Shown: positions 1 to 9,079, counted from the first letter of the stretch. The stretch is 28,210 bases of DNA from a virus (IMGVR_UViG_3300010362_000084:1-28210), one strand, 5' to 3'. Numbers and translations: made by a program. The notes: a model not told the origin generated them from the sequence alone.

Positions 1-444
1 ACCGCCGTCCACCTTCGCGACTGTGGGAGGCGTAGGCTCTCCCGGCGCGGGCATCGTCGCATCTGCAATCGTCTCGAAGTAGATCGGATCGAGTCCGTTG
101 CCGGGGTCGTACGCGGCCAGCGTCCCGGTCGGGATGAAAGCTCCGTCCTCTCCTGAAAACATGAGCGTGCCCTCGGAAGGCGTTCCCTGGAACATGGGTA
201 GGCCGTACTGCTCGCCGTAGCGAACCAGAGCCTGGTAGCTCGCCGTGGAGACGAACATGTCCTCGGAGAGAAGCTGCTCCGCGAGGTAGAGGCTCTCGAA
301 CTGGCCTGCCTGGATCTCGAAGATGATGCGAATTACACCGTCCACGCCGACGTACGCATCCGGAATTCCGGCAACGAGTTGCTGGAGCATCGTCGCAAGG
401 ATCTCCTGACGAGGCTTGTAAATGTTAGCGAGTGAAACAGGCAC
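1..444 (-). CDS. Baseplate J/gp47-like wedge protein, 5' part (runs off the window)
   Basis: Not in the ORF track. GTG at 444 follows GGAGGAGG and the upstream TAA. Manual translation gives MPVSLANIYKPRQEILATMLQQLVAGIPDAYVGVDGVIRIIFE...DMFVSTASYQALVRYGEQYGLPMFQGTPSEGTLMFSGEDGAFIPTGT...YFET, which fits the typical baseplate J N-terminal pattern. It lies directly after the wedge gene. Confidence 0.85.
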   Translation of the reverse strand, partial: MPVSLANIYKPRQEILATMLQQLVAGIPDAYVGVDGVIRIIFEIQAGQFESLYLAEQLLSEDMFVSTASYQALVRYGEQYGLPMFQGTPSEGTLMFSGEDGAFIPTGTLAAYDPGNGLDPIYFETIADATMPAPGEPTPPTVAKVDGG

Positions 445-870
445 TTAGCCACCTCCTCCCGGCACGACTGGAATGGTCACGGTCGTAGAAGTTGAAAACT
501 CTCCGGTCACTGCCTGAAGCGTGGACTCGTCACCCTCCGGACTCTCCGACCACTCGACGCGCACGACAACGGCGTTTCCATCCGCTGTGTACTGCCAGGC
601 CACGTCCTCCACGAGGATGTCGTCCATGCCGCGCAGAGCATCTCGCACCCGCGCATCGATTTCAAGCTCTTCGTCGGTTGATTTTCCAAGCGTCTGGTAG
701 AGGTCGCTTCCGAACGTCCCGTCCGTGTCGTAAAACCAGGACGCTCGATGCACGAGCAGGCGAGTCGTGATCCGCTGGCTGGTGAGATCCTCACCGGAGA
801 CTCCGGCGAGATCCCTGTTCCCGGCCAGGATCAAATCGCCGTAGTCTGAAATTGCGAGATCCCAAGCCAC
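445..870 (-). CDS. Baseplate wedge / sheath-initiator protein (gp25/gp46-like)
   Basis: 141 aa and acidic, with 'DL...GDL....DL..VSG.D...Q.I..RL......W.....FGS'. Lies between the spike and baseplate J. GAGGAGG RBS. Confidence 0.75.
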   Translation of the reverse strand: MAWDLAISDYGDLILAGNRDLAGVSGEDLTSQRITTRLLVHRASWFYDTDGTFGSDLYQTLGKSTDEELEIDARVRDALRGMDDILVEDVAWQYTADGNAVVVRVEWSESPEGDESTLQAVTGEFSTSTTVTIPVVPGGGG

Positions 871-1236
871 CTAGTCCTCCTCGACTTCCAGGTAGTTTTT
901 CCCTTGCACGACCCCTAGGCAGCGAGGCAGGCGAGTCGAGCCAAGCTCGAATGCGACGAGCACAGTCTCGCCCTTTTTCGGAACCACGACTTTCGCGTCT
1001 GCCTGCCTCACGCGCAGCTTCCCCTCGTCGTCCGTGTCGTAGTAGCGCACTGTGTAATTGAAGCCCACGACCGGGATCGCCGTGTGACCCATGCCCTGGA
1101 TCCAGATGAGCCGGTTCTTTTCATCGCGCTTGATGACCTTCCCGGTCTGGAACCACTCGCCACGCGTACCGGCGACATCCCTGGCGATCTTCTCGCAGGC
1201 GACACGGATCGAATTCCATTCTTCCTCGGTGATCAT
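871..1236 (-). CDS. Short baseplate spike/assembly protein (gpV/gp45-like OB-fold)
   Basis: 121 aa with 'GKVIKRD....IWI' and 'VPKKGETVLVAFELG....PRCLG', a gpV-type N-terminal motif. Synteny fits. Confidence 0.65.
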   Translation of the reverse strand: MITEEEWNSIRVACEKIARDVAGTRGEWFQTGKVIKRDEKNRLIWIQGMGHTAIPVVGFNYTVRYYDTDDEGKLRVRQADAKVVVPKKGETVLVAFELGSTRLPRCLGVVQGKNYLEVEED

Positions 1237-1239
1237 TTT

Positions 1240-1746
1240 TCAGAATGGGTAGCGCCTCACCGCTTGTAGTGGGCCTCCCGACCAACCCTTGTACGAACGC
1301 TTGAGCGGCCCGCCTTCGCCGCCGTGCGAGATCACCTCGCCGCCGCCGACGTACAGACAGACGTGCGTGAAAAAGTTTCCGGTCAACCCCTCGAACGTGA
1401 CATCGCCCGGTTGCAACATCCCTTCCTTCACGTTCGCGCCACCGACCAGGGTGCCGTGCCGGTACAACTCGTTCGTCGTTGAAATTGCCTTGTAGTCCGA
1501 CTCGTACGGATCCGGGCACCCGGCCACCTTGTAGCAGTACCCGATGAAAAACGAGCAGTCCATGACTTCCGGAACGTACGGCGGCGGTTTCAACTGCGCG
1601 TACTGATGCGAGCCGCGCTCCTGGTGGTAATGCACGTCGGCCTCGTGCCGCAAGCACCAGATTGCAGCGCAGCAAACCTTGTACTGGCGAAATTCAGCCG
1701 CACTGAGAACGGATGGATCGACGTTTTCCATGCTGATGAGCGGCAT
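1240..1746 (-). CDS. NlpC/P60 family cell-wall peptidase
   Basis: Motifs Y.Q.R, MDCSFF (catalytic Cys), LQPGD, HVCLYVGGG.VISHG. The start is placed at ATG 1746, which makes a TAATG overlap with the upstream stop, rather than at the track's GTG 1785. Confidence 0.85.
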   Translation of the reverse strand: MPLISMENVDPSVLSAAEFRQYKVCCAAIWCLRHEADVHYHQERGSHQYAQLKPPPYVPEVMDCSFFIGYCYKVAGCPDPYESDYKAISTTNELYRHGTLVGGANVKEGMLQPGDVTFEGLTGNFFTHVCLYVGGGEVISHGGEGGPLKRSYKGWSGGPLQAVRRYPF

Positions 1747-4700
1747 TAGCCTGCGTCCTTTACCATTTGGATGTAATCGTCCCACGGGAAATTCACGCCA
1801 GGGTCGGTGTGATCTCCCCCGAACAGGGCGGTCATCTGGTCATGCCCGACAAAACCCGAGACACCCGACGTGATTTCATTGTTCGTCAGGTGCTTGACCG
1901 TGATCCCGTACTTCTTGGCCTTCTGCGCCGTGAGCCTGGCCGAGAGCCTGAGCATCGCCTGGCTGTAATTGTCGCCCCACATCGCAGCAGTCTGGAGCGC
2001 AGAGCCGCCGTGCTCGATGTGCAGCGCGTAATCATTTGTTGAAAACGATCCGGGAATGCCTGGGCCTACGGCTATGCCCGGCGTGCCGTACGCCGTGTCT
2101 GCGTCGTAGACGCTCTGCCAGATCTCTTTTTCATCGACGCAGTAGTGGGCAGAGGCAGTGCGATCGAGCGTTGAGAAATACTGGGCGCAGCCAGACGCAG
2201 CACCTGTCGGCTCGTGCGCGGCCTGGGCGACGGTCGGTGTGCCCGACTGATTGTTTTCCATCGTGTGGATCACGATCCAGAGGATGTTCGCATAGCGCCC
2301 TTTGCGATGCTGCTTGGCCTGGAGGAACTGAATATTCAGCGGGCCGGACGAGACAGGGCCAGCCGTCGGCTCGGACGGAATTACACCGAACCACTTGCTG
2401 TCCCGGAATGCTGCGATGATCTGGTCGTTGTTCGGCCAGCCCAGCGGGAAGATGTCGCTCGAACCAGTGCCGGGGCCAGGCATGTCCGTCTCACCCGCTT
2501 CTTTTTCAGCTTGCTTCACCGCGTCGTATGCAGCACGGGCGGGATCCACGAAGATCGCCGCGCTCTTGCGCACAGTTGCAGCGGCGGCCTTGCCTGCGCC
2601 GTTGTAGTGTGAAAACGCCTCCTCCATTGCGGCCATCTGGCCCGTCTGGTCGTCGGCCTGCATGTGCGTCTCGTCCAGCAACTCCTTGAAATATCTCGCG
2701 CCCTCCATGATGTTCGACTCCACGTCCCAGCGTCCGCCCGTGTACTGGTCGTGACCGAAGCTCGCAGTCACGGCGGCCTTTCCTTTCTGCGCCACCTGGA
2801 GTGAAATATCGTTCGGGTCGCCACCCATCTCCCGCAGAAATTGCGTGTTCGTCGGGATCCAGTTCTTGTTCAGACCTTGTGGGTCGTTCGAGGCACCGAC
2901 GGGACACCACTTCGCGCCTACGGCTGCGACCGTGTGCCGCCCGTTCGGGTAGTCCGGATCCACGTCGTTGATGTACGTGTTGCCGAGGTAGTCGGATGTC
3001 TTTGAAATCGCATCCGTCCAGCCGGTGAAAGCCGGTGCAGAAAGCCAGCCCCAGGCGTTGTACGGAGCGAAGCAGTTCTTGCCGAAGCTCGACTCGCCTC
3101 CTGAAATTGCAACGAGCATGCGCGGGTCGTAGCCGTTGCGCACGCCGCCTGCGACGAAATCCGTTCCGTGCCCGGCCATCGGTGAGCCTTTGCCCGTCAG
3201 GTACTTGTCGATCGCAGCGGCTGTCACGGGTGAGGCTCCGGCATCTCCCGTTCCACCCGTGTAGATGTCGTCTGCATTTTCCTTGTGCCTGCGCTGCTTG
3301 AGTTGCATCGGGCCGACACCGGCTTCCACCTTCAGCCCGTGCGTGCCGATCTGGTTGGCGAACGTAAGCTCCCACTGCGCATGCGAGGCCAGGCGCTGGC
3401 CCTTGAGGATCGCATCGGCCGCTGCCTCGCCGTACGTTTTCGGATCAGGGCCGGGGAGATCCGCATACCACTCGACCCCTTCGTGCCCGATGTTCATGCC
3501 CCGCTCACGGATGTTGTGAAATTTTGTCTCGAACTTGGCGATTGCCATCAGCCAGGCAAGGAAGATGTCGAAGTCCCAGTTGCCCTGATGAGCCGCAGCC
3601 GCACGCCAGAAGTAGTCACCCCAGTCCTCGTGACCGGGAACGAGATTTACAGTGTTCTCGTGGATGATCGCTTCTTCGTCCACGTTGTCGCTCGTGTCCG
3701 TCGCCTTGGGCTTCTTCGTGAGCTTGGGGATGCGCGGCTCCTCGGGGACACGTTGCGAAAGCGCCATGCCTTTTTCACGCAACCGGATCTCCTGGATGAA
3801 GCCGCTCGAACCAGCCTGGACTTTCACGCCCACGATGAAATAGTGGCCGTAGAAGTCGATCTCCGGGATGCGCACACGGCACATGCGATTGATGTTGATC
3901 ACGAATTTCGGATCGGAGATGACCATGCGGATTTCGACTGCCCCGACCTTGCCCTCGTAGATCTCCAGCCAGCCGCGCTTCTTCGCCATCGTGATCGTAT
4001 GCGAGTGAGAGTCCTGCACGATTTTCACAGGACGCTTGATCCAGTCACCGATCGAGCCGTCGTACACGGGCACGGTCGCCCTGAGCCTGCCGTTGTTCAC
4101 GTACGTCCAGACTCGGTAGACCCTCCCCTGCGTGGACTTGCGAATTTCAAGACCCTCGACGGGGATGTGCGCATCCGCAATCGCCGGGCGATCTGTCTTC
4201 AACGGGGTTCCGAAGTAGTACGTGGGTTGCTTCGTGTAATTCAGGCGGTTGAGAATCAGTGCGCCGTTCGGCCCGCACCAGATGTATGCCTTGTCGTTGC
4301 GCACTAGCCGGTACCAGAATTCCCAGTACGTCTCGGAGCCATCCGTCTTGATGATCTTTTTCACCTTGGAGATGCTGTTCAGGTTCGCCGAAGGGAAGCC
4401 AAGCTGCTTGGCCTGGTTCCCGATCAGGTACATCGGCTTGATCTTTTTCCATTTGTTCGGCTCGACCATCGAGTCCAACGCAAGCGAGGCGTAGTCACGG
4501 CCGGAGATCGTGTAAAGCCCGTCCTGGTCGTAGACCAGATCGTCTGAAATTCCGGTCATGATGTGCCCTGCGCCACCGGGGTCGGCCGAGAGAAGCTCGA
4601 CGCGCACCTCGTTGTCCCGGTTCATCATCGCCAGGAAGTCACCCGTCGGATCGCCAAGCTGGATCTGCCAGGAGTCGGCGTCGTTGTCCAGCGAGGAGTC

Positions 4701-4817
4701 CACGTAAAAGCCCTCGACCTGGGGAATTACACGCTTGCTGTAGCCGCGCTCCCACTTCGTCGTGATCACCGCACGCAGGCCGGGCAGGTACGTGTTTACA
4801 TCAGTGCGTGGCGGCAC
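1746..4817 (-). CDS. Baseplate hub (gpD/gp44-like) fused to lytic transglycosylase, glucosaminidase-like and Zn-amidase domains
   Basis: The first ~350 aa carry hub motifs (VDSSLDNDADSWQI, YTISGRD.ASL.LD, ETYWEF..RL). Then SLT motifs (AIAKFET, GVGPMQL, NIMEGARYF, SHYNG), a second lysozyme-like domain (AISGGESSFG, NAWG) and a C-terminal Amidase_2 domain (IVIHTME, SAHYCVD, IEH, GH, HTDPG). AAGGAGG RBS. Confidence 0.85.
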   Translation of the reverse strand: MPPRTDVNTYLPGLRAVITTKWERGYSKRVIPQVEGFYVDSSLDNDADSWQIQLGDPTGDFLAMMNRDNEVRVELLSADPGGAGHIMTGISDDLVYDQDGLYTISGRDYASLALDSMVEPNKWKKIKPMYLIGNQAKQLGFPSANLNSISKVKKIIKTDGSETYWEFWYRLVRNDKAYIWCGPNGALILNRLNYTKQPTYYFGTPLKTDRPAIADAHIPVEGLEIRKSTQGRVYRVWTYVNNGRLRATVPVYDGSIGDWIKRPVKIVQDSHSHTITMAKKRGWLEIYEGKVGAVEIRMVISDPKFVININRMCRVRIPEIDFYGHYFIVGVKVQAGSSGFIQEIRLREKGMALSQRVPEEPRIPKLTKKPKATDTSDNVDEEAIIHENTVNLVPGHEDWGDYFWRAAAAHQGNWDFDIFLAWLMAIAKFETKFHNIRERGMNIGHEGVEWYADLPGPDPKTYGEAAADAILKGQRLASHAQWELTFANQIGTHGLKVEAGVGPMQLKQRRHKENADDIYTGGTGDAGASPVTAAAIDKYLTGKGSPMAGHGTDFVAGGVRNGYDPRMLVAISGGESSFGKNCFAPYNAWGWLSAPAFTGWTDAISKTSDYLGNTYINDVDPDYPNGRHTVAAVGAKWCPVGASNDPQGLNKNWIPTNTQFLREMGGDPNDISLQVAQKGKAAVTASFGHDQYTGGRWDVESNIMEGARYFKELLDETHMQADDQTGQMAAMEEAFSHYNGAGKAAAATVRKSAAIFVDPARAAYDAVKQAEKEAGETDMPGPGTGSSDIFPLGWPNNDQIIAAFRDSKWFGVIPSEPTAGPVSSGPLNIQFLQAKQHRKGRYANILWIVIHTMENNQSGTPTVAQAAHEPTGAASGCAQYFSTLDRTASAHYCVDEKEIWQSVYDADTAYGTPGIAVGPGIPGSFSTNDYALHIEHGGSALQTAAMWGDNYSQAMLRLSARLTAQKAKKYGITVKHLTNNEITSGVSGFVGHDQMTALFGGDHTDPGVNFPWDDYIQMVKDAG

Positions 4818-4992
4818 GCTTCCTCCTTTCGCTCACACGAGGAAGCGCGTCATCGATGTACGCGTCGAAAACCTGGATCTGCTTCTCCAGCCTAGCGCGA
4901 GGATTGCGCTTCTTCCAGCGCTGAAATTCGCGAATGGCCTGCCGGTGCCTCGCCTTGACCTTTGCCTTTGCCTGCGGACTATCCATTTTCAA
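4801..4992 (-). CDS. Small basic hypothetical protein (63 aa)
   Basis: Fills the gap between the LysM gene and the hub, overlapping both, and is K/R-rich. Start is TTG 4992 or ATG 4986. Confidence 0.6.
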   Translation of the reverse strand: MKMDSPQAKAKVKARHRQAIREFQRWKKRNPRARLEKQIQVFDAYIDDALPRVSERRKRAATH

Positions 4993-5783
4993 TAGTTGAG
5001 CTTGAACCCCACGGGCAGGCGGACGTTGGCGAGCTTGTAGCTACCGCCCTTCGCGCCGCTCTTCTTCTGGAAGTCTTCGAGCTTCTGCTTGTTCAGGGAG
5101 ACAAGCTGCTTCCACTTCTCCACGTTGTTGTAAACCTCGGGCTTGGCTGCGATCGTTTTCAACGTTCGCGCTCCGGCCTTGACCGTCCAGATCCGTGTGG
5201 CCTTGCCCTTCGGCTTCGACTTCTTGGGCGTCTTGAAGAGCGGCGGCATCCCCAGCGGATCCTTGACCTTCGCACCCTCCCCGATTTTCACCAACGTGAT
5301 CGAGTAGTGGATCGAGTGTGTGCGATCGTCCTCGTCGTGGGTGAAGTCCCAGTTCTCAGGCAAGACGAACTGCTCCTTGAAAAAGAGGCCAGGTGCGTAC
5401 AGGATCAATCCACGCCCGACGTGCTTCGAGCGCAGCATCATCAGGCAATCGACCATGTTGATCTGCGAAGTCTGGCCGGGGAAGAGGCCGTTCAATGTAA
5501 TTCTGCCCTCTTCGTAGTGAACCGTGATGCCGTCGGCGTGCCAGTCTCCGATGTAATGGCGCAGACCGAGTTGTGCCTGGCCGGTGCGTGAAAATCCTTC
5601 GATCGGAGTCGGAAACACAAACATCTTGCTGCCGTTCGCCAGGTACGGGCGAGCGTGCCTGAGTTGGCCAGGGGAGTGCCTTCCCGGCGCTCTGACCGAA
5701 CCTGGGTTGATCAGGTACTTGGCAACGTCTTCGCCGTAGTACCTCTGGGCATCGGGATCGATGATGGGCGGAATCGGAGACAT
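4989..5783 (-). CDS. Tail tube initiator-like protein with C-terminal LysM-type domain
   Basis: Directly follows the tape measure gene. The C-terminus WTVKAGARTLKTIAAK..VYNN..KWKQL..LN...LPVGFKL is LysM-like. Confidence 0.75.
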   Translation of the reverse strand: MSPIPPIIDPDAQRYYGEDVAKYLINPGSVRAPGRHSPGQLRHARPYLANGSKMFVFPTPIEGFSRTGQAQLGLRHYIGDWHADGITVHYEEGRITLNGLFPGQTSQINMVDCLMMLRSKHVGRGLILYAPGLFFKEQFVLPENWDFTHDEDDRTHSIHYSITLVKIGEGAKVKDPLGMPPLFKTPKKSKPKGKATRIWTVKAGARTLKTIAAKPEVYNNVEKWKQLVSLNKQKLEDFQKKSGAKGGSYKLANVRLPVGFKLNY

Positions 5784-5786
5784 TTT

Positions 5787-7985
5787 TCAGGTTCCTCTCG
5801 CTTTCACCTTGCCACCTTGTGTCGGGGGTTTTCCATTCTGGTACTGAGTGATCGGGAGGTGAACCTTCTTCTGCTGCTTCGTGCCGTCCGGGTGCTTGAT
5901 GTTCAGGTTCAGCGTCAGTTCCTTCTTTTTTTCACCGCCGCCGCCGAAGAGAATGTCAGAGTCGTTTGAGCGACCACCACCCGACCAGAACAAGTCCTGG
6001 GCGCTCTTCGCAGTCTGAGCGCGGAGAAGATCGTCCGTGCGCTTTTTCATCTGGGCTTTCTTCCGCGCCTGCACGGCCTCGTTGAAAGATGTCCTGTTCC
6101 TCTTGTTGTCGTCGTCGTCACCGCCGCCGAAGATGCCGTGCCAGAGCTTCTTGGCCACGCCGATACCTGAATTTTCACCGCCGAAATTCGTGATGTCCTT
6201 GTAGAGAAAACCCTTCCTCAACTGATCCTTCGTCCAGAAGTCCGACTCGAAGACACCCGGCTGGTCGGGATGCGCCATGCCCTGGTAGATGTCCGCTGCA
6301 ATTCCAACACCGAGAGCCGTGCCGCCAACCCTGAAGCCTGCCATGCCGAGACGCTTCAAGCGGCCCGGTGGTCGTTTTCCCTTTGTCATCGGATCGCCGG
6401 GAAGATCGCCTGTCGGCCTGGGCTTCGGGCCGTACGGAGTCGGGATCCTGTTTCCACCCGGATTGAAAATACTGGTCATGTCACCGACGATGATCACGAA
6501 CATCGGGTTGGTCAGCGTTCCAAGCTCGCGATTTCCAGACGCCAGGCTCTGCGCGGCAGCGAGTGCAGGAACACCTCTACCGCCCAGACCTTTCAGGAGT
6601 CTCCTGCCGTAAATGGCGAGGCCAGCCGCGCCCAGCGCAGCGACACCGACCGTCGTGGCCACCGGGTGATCGACTCCGGCACCGGCAACGTGAGCAACCG
6701 TGCGTGCGATCGGGTTGATTACAGGAGCGAGTGCATGGCGCTCGACAGTCGTGCGCAGTGAGTCGAGTGCGACCGCAGCCGCTTCGAGCGGGTTTTCCTT
6801 TTCGTAGCGCTTCCAACCCTCCTTGAGGCTGTTCGTGGAATCCACGACGCCGTTCTGAATATCCGCCATCTCCTGCAAGTCCTGCTGCATCTGCCCGGCC
6901 TTGGCCTGTGTGGAAAGCGCAAGCGCCATGCGCAGAGCGTGGATCCTTCTGAAAACGGTGCCGAGGAAGACTGCGCCCGGCCCCTGGATCCCCATCTGCG
7001 TCATGACCTGTTCGGTCGGCATGTCCTCCATCAACGCCATCGACTCTTCGTCCAGGCTCATGACCTTGCCCAGATCGCCGCTCACACCAAGAACGCCCGC
7101 CCTCTTGAAAATGCGGTTGAGCGTGTCGGTCAGAGGCAGATTCGCAGACGGTGTAATTCCAACCGACGCAAGCGCTGCCTTGCCCGCCTTCGTCTGCTGG
7201 CTCGGGAACGCGAGCGTCTGAAGGAAGAATTGCAGAGCACGTCCTGCCTGCGCCGGAGGAATACCACCGCGCAGACCGGAGAGCATGAGCGCGAACATGT
7301 CTGCCGGTGTGCCTCTCGCCTGCGCCGTCATCGCGGCCAACTGACCCATCTGCTGCGCCATCTGCTGACCGGCTGCGACTCCACCCGGAGCTTCCTTCGT
7401 CAGGGCGAAGAAGAGGTTTGCGACTTTTTCAATGTTCGTCGTGTTCGCCTTGACGCCGAACGCAGTGTTGAGCGTTGTAAATGCGCGGGTCGCGTCCTCG
7501 GCTCCAAGCTGTGAGAGCTTGGCGGCGCGGGTGATCGTCGTGACCATCGGTGTAATTTCATCCTTGGGCACGTCCTGGATCGTGGAGAGCAGGTTGATCA
7601 CCGCGTCGTTGTACTGGTTTACAGGAGTGAGCGAGTCGATTGCGCCCTTGGCGGTCTGATCCATCAGGTCTTGGAGATCCTGACCGACGATCGGTCTGCC
7701 GCCGGTTTGCGTGCCAATCGCTGAGATCAGACCCATCTGATTCTGAATTTCACGAAGCTGCGTGACGAACCGGCCCATACCGAACACGACCTGACCGGCG
7801 ATGGCGTAACGCATCGTCGTCCCGAACGCCCGCCAGAGAGCACCCAGTTTTTCAGACTGCCGTGTTGCGTCGGAGATGCTGCGCGTCCACTGGTTCGTGC
7901 CGTACGCAAGCTGCCCCATCGCAGCCTGAACCCCGGTACCGCGTACCCGGAATTCAGTGACGATCTGCTGGATGATTGCGCTCAT
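5787..7985 (-). CDS. Tail tape measure protein
   Basis: 732 aa, rich in Ala/Gly/Gln/Met and helical-looking, with hydrophobic segments in the C-terminal half. Lies downstream of the chaperones. Confidence 0.9.
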   Translation of the reverse strand: MSAIIQQIVTEFRVRGTGVQAAMGQLAYGTNQWTRSISDATRQSEKLGALWRAFGTTMRYAIAGQVVFGMGRFVTQLREIQNQMGLISAIGTQTGGRPIVGQDLQDLMDQTAKGAIDSLTPVNQYNDAVINLLSTIQDVPKDEITPMVTTITRAAKLSQLGAEDATRAFTTLNTAFGVKANTTNIEKVANLFFALTKEAPGGVAAGQQMAQQMGQLAAMTAQARGTPADMFALMLSGLRGGIPPAQAGRALQFFLQTLAFPSQQTKAGKAALASVGITPSANLPLTDTLNRIFKRAGVLGVSGDLGKVMSLDEESMALMEDMPTEQVMTQMGIQGPGAVFLGTVFRRIHALRMALALSTQAKAGQMQQDLQEMADIQNGVVDSTNSLKEGWKRYEKENPLEAAAVALDSLRTTVERHALAPVINPIARTVAHVAGAGVDHPVATTVGVAALGAAGLAIYGRRLLKGLGGRGVPALAAAQSLASGNRELGTLTNPMFVIIVGDMTSIFNPGGNRIPTPYGPKPRPTGDLPGDPMTKGKRPPGRLKRLGMAGFRVGGTALGVGIAADIYQGMAHPDQPGVFESDFWTKDQLRKGFLYKDITNFGGENSGIGVAKKLWHGIFGGGDDDDNKRNRTSFNEAVQARKKAQMKKRTDDLLRAQTAKSAQDLFWSGGGRSNDSDILFGGGGEKKKELTLNLNIKHPDGTKQQKKVHLPITQYQNGKPPTQGGKVKARGT

Positions 7986-8311
7986 GGAATCTCTACGTCA
8001 ATTTCACTTTCTTGGTTGAGGCCGAAGCCGTCGATCCTTCCATGCTCGCGGCTCCAGGTGACATCCTGAACTTCGCCATCTTGCCCTGGTCTGTAGATCT
8101 TGTCTGCAATTTCAGGATCCACCTTGCTCAGGTCGGGGATGACTTCGTGGCAGACTTCGCATCGGGTTTCGTAGAACTTGGGGAGGCAGTGGACGTGGAT
8201 TTTTCGGACTCGCTCGTCGTAGTCAACGAGTTGGTTGAGGTAAACCCAGGTAAGCTGTCCAGGAGTGGCGAGGGCGTAATCGTTGAAAGGAAGCGTTTCG
8301 CTGCGTACCAT
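7982..8311 (-). CDS. Tail assembly chaperone, -1 frame extension (gpT-like)
   Basis: In the -1 frame relative to 8128..8787 and open from the A7 run at 8353-8359 (KTLAGNGLERSIWAIMVR...). Its stop overlaps the tape measure start (ATGA). Confidence 0.7.
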   Translation of the reverse strand: MVRSETLPFNDYALATPGQLTWVYLNQLVDYDERVRKIHVHCLPKFYETRCEVCHEVIPDLSKVDPEIADKIYRPGQDGEVQDVTWSREHGRIDGFGLNQESEIDVEIP

Positions 8312-8787
8312 GATTGCCCAGATAGAGCGCTCCAGTCCATTGCCTGCAAGAGTTTTTTTATTTCAACGAACTCTTCGTCCGGGATCCCTTCTAGGCTGGG
8401 AGACGACTTCTGCGTCATCTCCTTGTACCTGTCGAAGATTTCATCGATGTCCTCGACCTGGAGATCTTCGAGCATGTCCTCGATGTTGCTGTAAACGCGC
8501 TGCGTCAAGTCATGCTCCTCGCGGATCGCACGAGCACACATCTCCTCGGTCTGCACACGCTCACGCAGAGCCATCCCGGCGATGTCATCTGCCGCCTCCA
8601 CGTCCTTCGTCTTCTCGATCACCTTGAGGAAGTCGGCCTCGGTGAGAGGCACGATGCACACGCGAATTTCAGGGTCGGACGGCAGTTCCACGAAATCGCA
8701 GACCGCCTGGCCCAGACGCATCCGATCGAGCCTGCGCTCGCGGATTCGTTCCTTAGTTGTCTTTTCCATTGCGTTCGTAGCCGCCAA
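8128..8787 (-). CDS. Tail assembly chaperone (gpG-like)
   Basis: Acidic helical protein between tube and tape measure. Contains the slippery ATA AAA AAA CTC. Confidence 0.75.
   Translation of the reverse strand: MAATNAMEKTTKERIRERRLDRMRLGQAVCDFVELPSDPEIRVCIVPLTEADFLKVIEKTKDVEAADDIAGMALRERVQTEEMCARAIREEHDLTQRVYSNIEDMLEDLQVEDIDEIFDRYKEMTQKSSPSLEGIPDEEFVEIKKLLQAMDWSALSGQSWYAAKRFLSTITPSPLLDSLPGFTSTNSLTTTSESEKSTSTASPSSTKPDAKSATKSSPT
8353..8359 (-). promoter_or_regulatory. Putative -1 programmed ribosomal frameshift site A AAA AAA
   Basis: An X XXY YYZ heptamer in the correct phase. A -1 shift enters the frame of 7982..8311 without a stop. The location is canonical for tailed phages. Confidence 0.75.
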
Positions 8788-9076
8788 CTTGAATCTTCTC
8801 CTCGATGAATGCCCTCACGTCCATCGTCGTTTTCAGACACTCGTAGTGCAGGGGCACGACGTAGAACACCTTGTGGCAGTGAAGGCAGTGGGCTTCGATG
8901 AAAAATTCGACCATTGGGCCGGATCCGGTTGTCTCCACCCGGATCTTCGGGTTGATCACATTGCAATGCGGACAGACAGGTGGCTTCGTCTCCACCTGAA
9001 ATTCGATCTCGTCGCTGGCGAGCTTTTCGAGCGCAGCCACGCCACGCTCGATTAGCTCCTCGGTTCGCTTTTCCAC
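8753..9076 (-). CDS. Zn-ribbon hypothetical protein
   Basis: 107 aa with CPHC and CLHC pairs plus HxxC. Tightly packed after the tube gene. Confidence 0.7.
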   Translation of the reverse strand: MEKRTEELIERGVAALEKLASDEIEFQVETKPPVCPHCNVINPKIRVETTGSGPMVEFFIEAHCLHCHKVFYVVPLHYECLKTTMDVRAFIEEKIQVGGYERNGKDN

Positions 9077-9079
9077 GGC

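Noticed and set aside
1746-2340. Amidase as a stand-alone endolysin of a lysis cassette
   Set aside because: It is in frame with the baseplate hub and no holin is adjacent. An internal start cannot be excluded.
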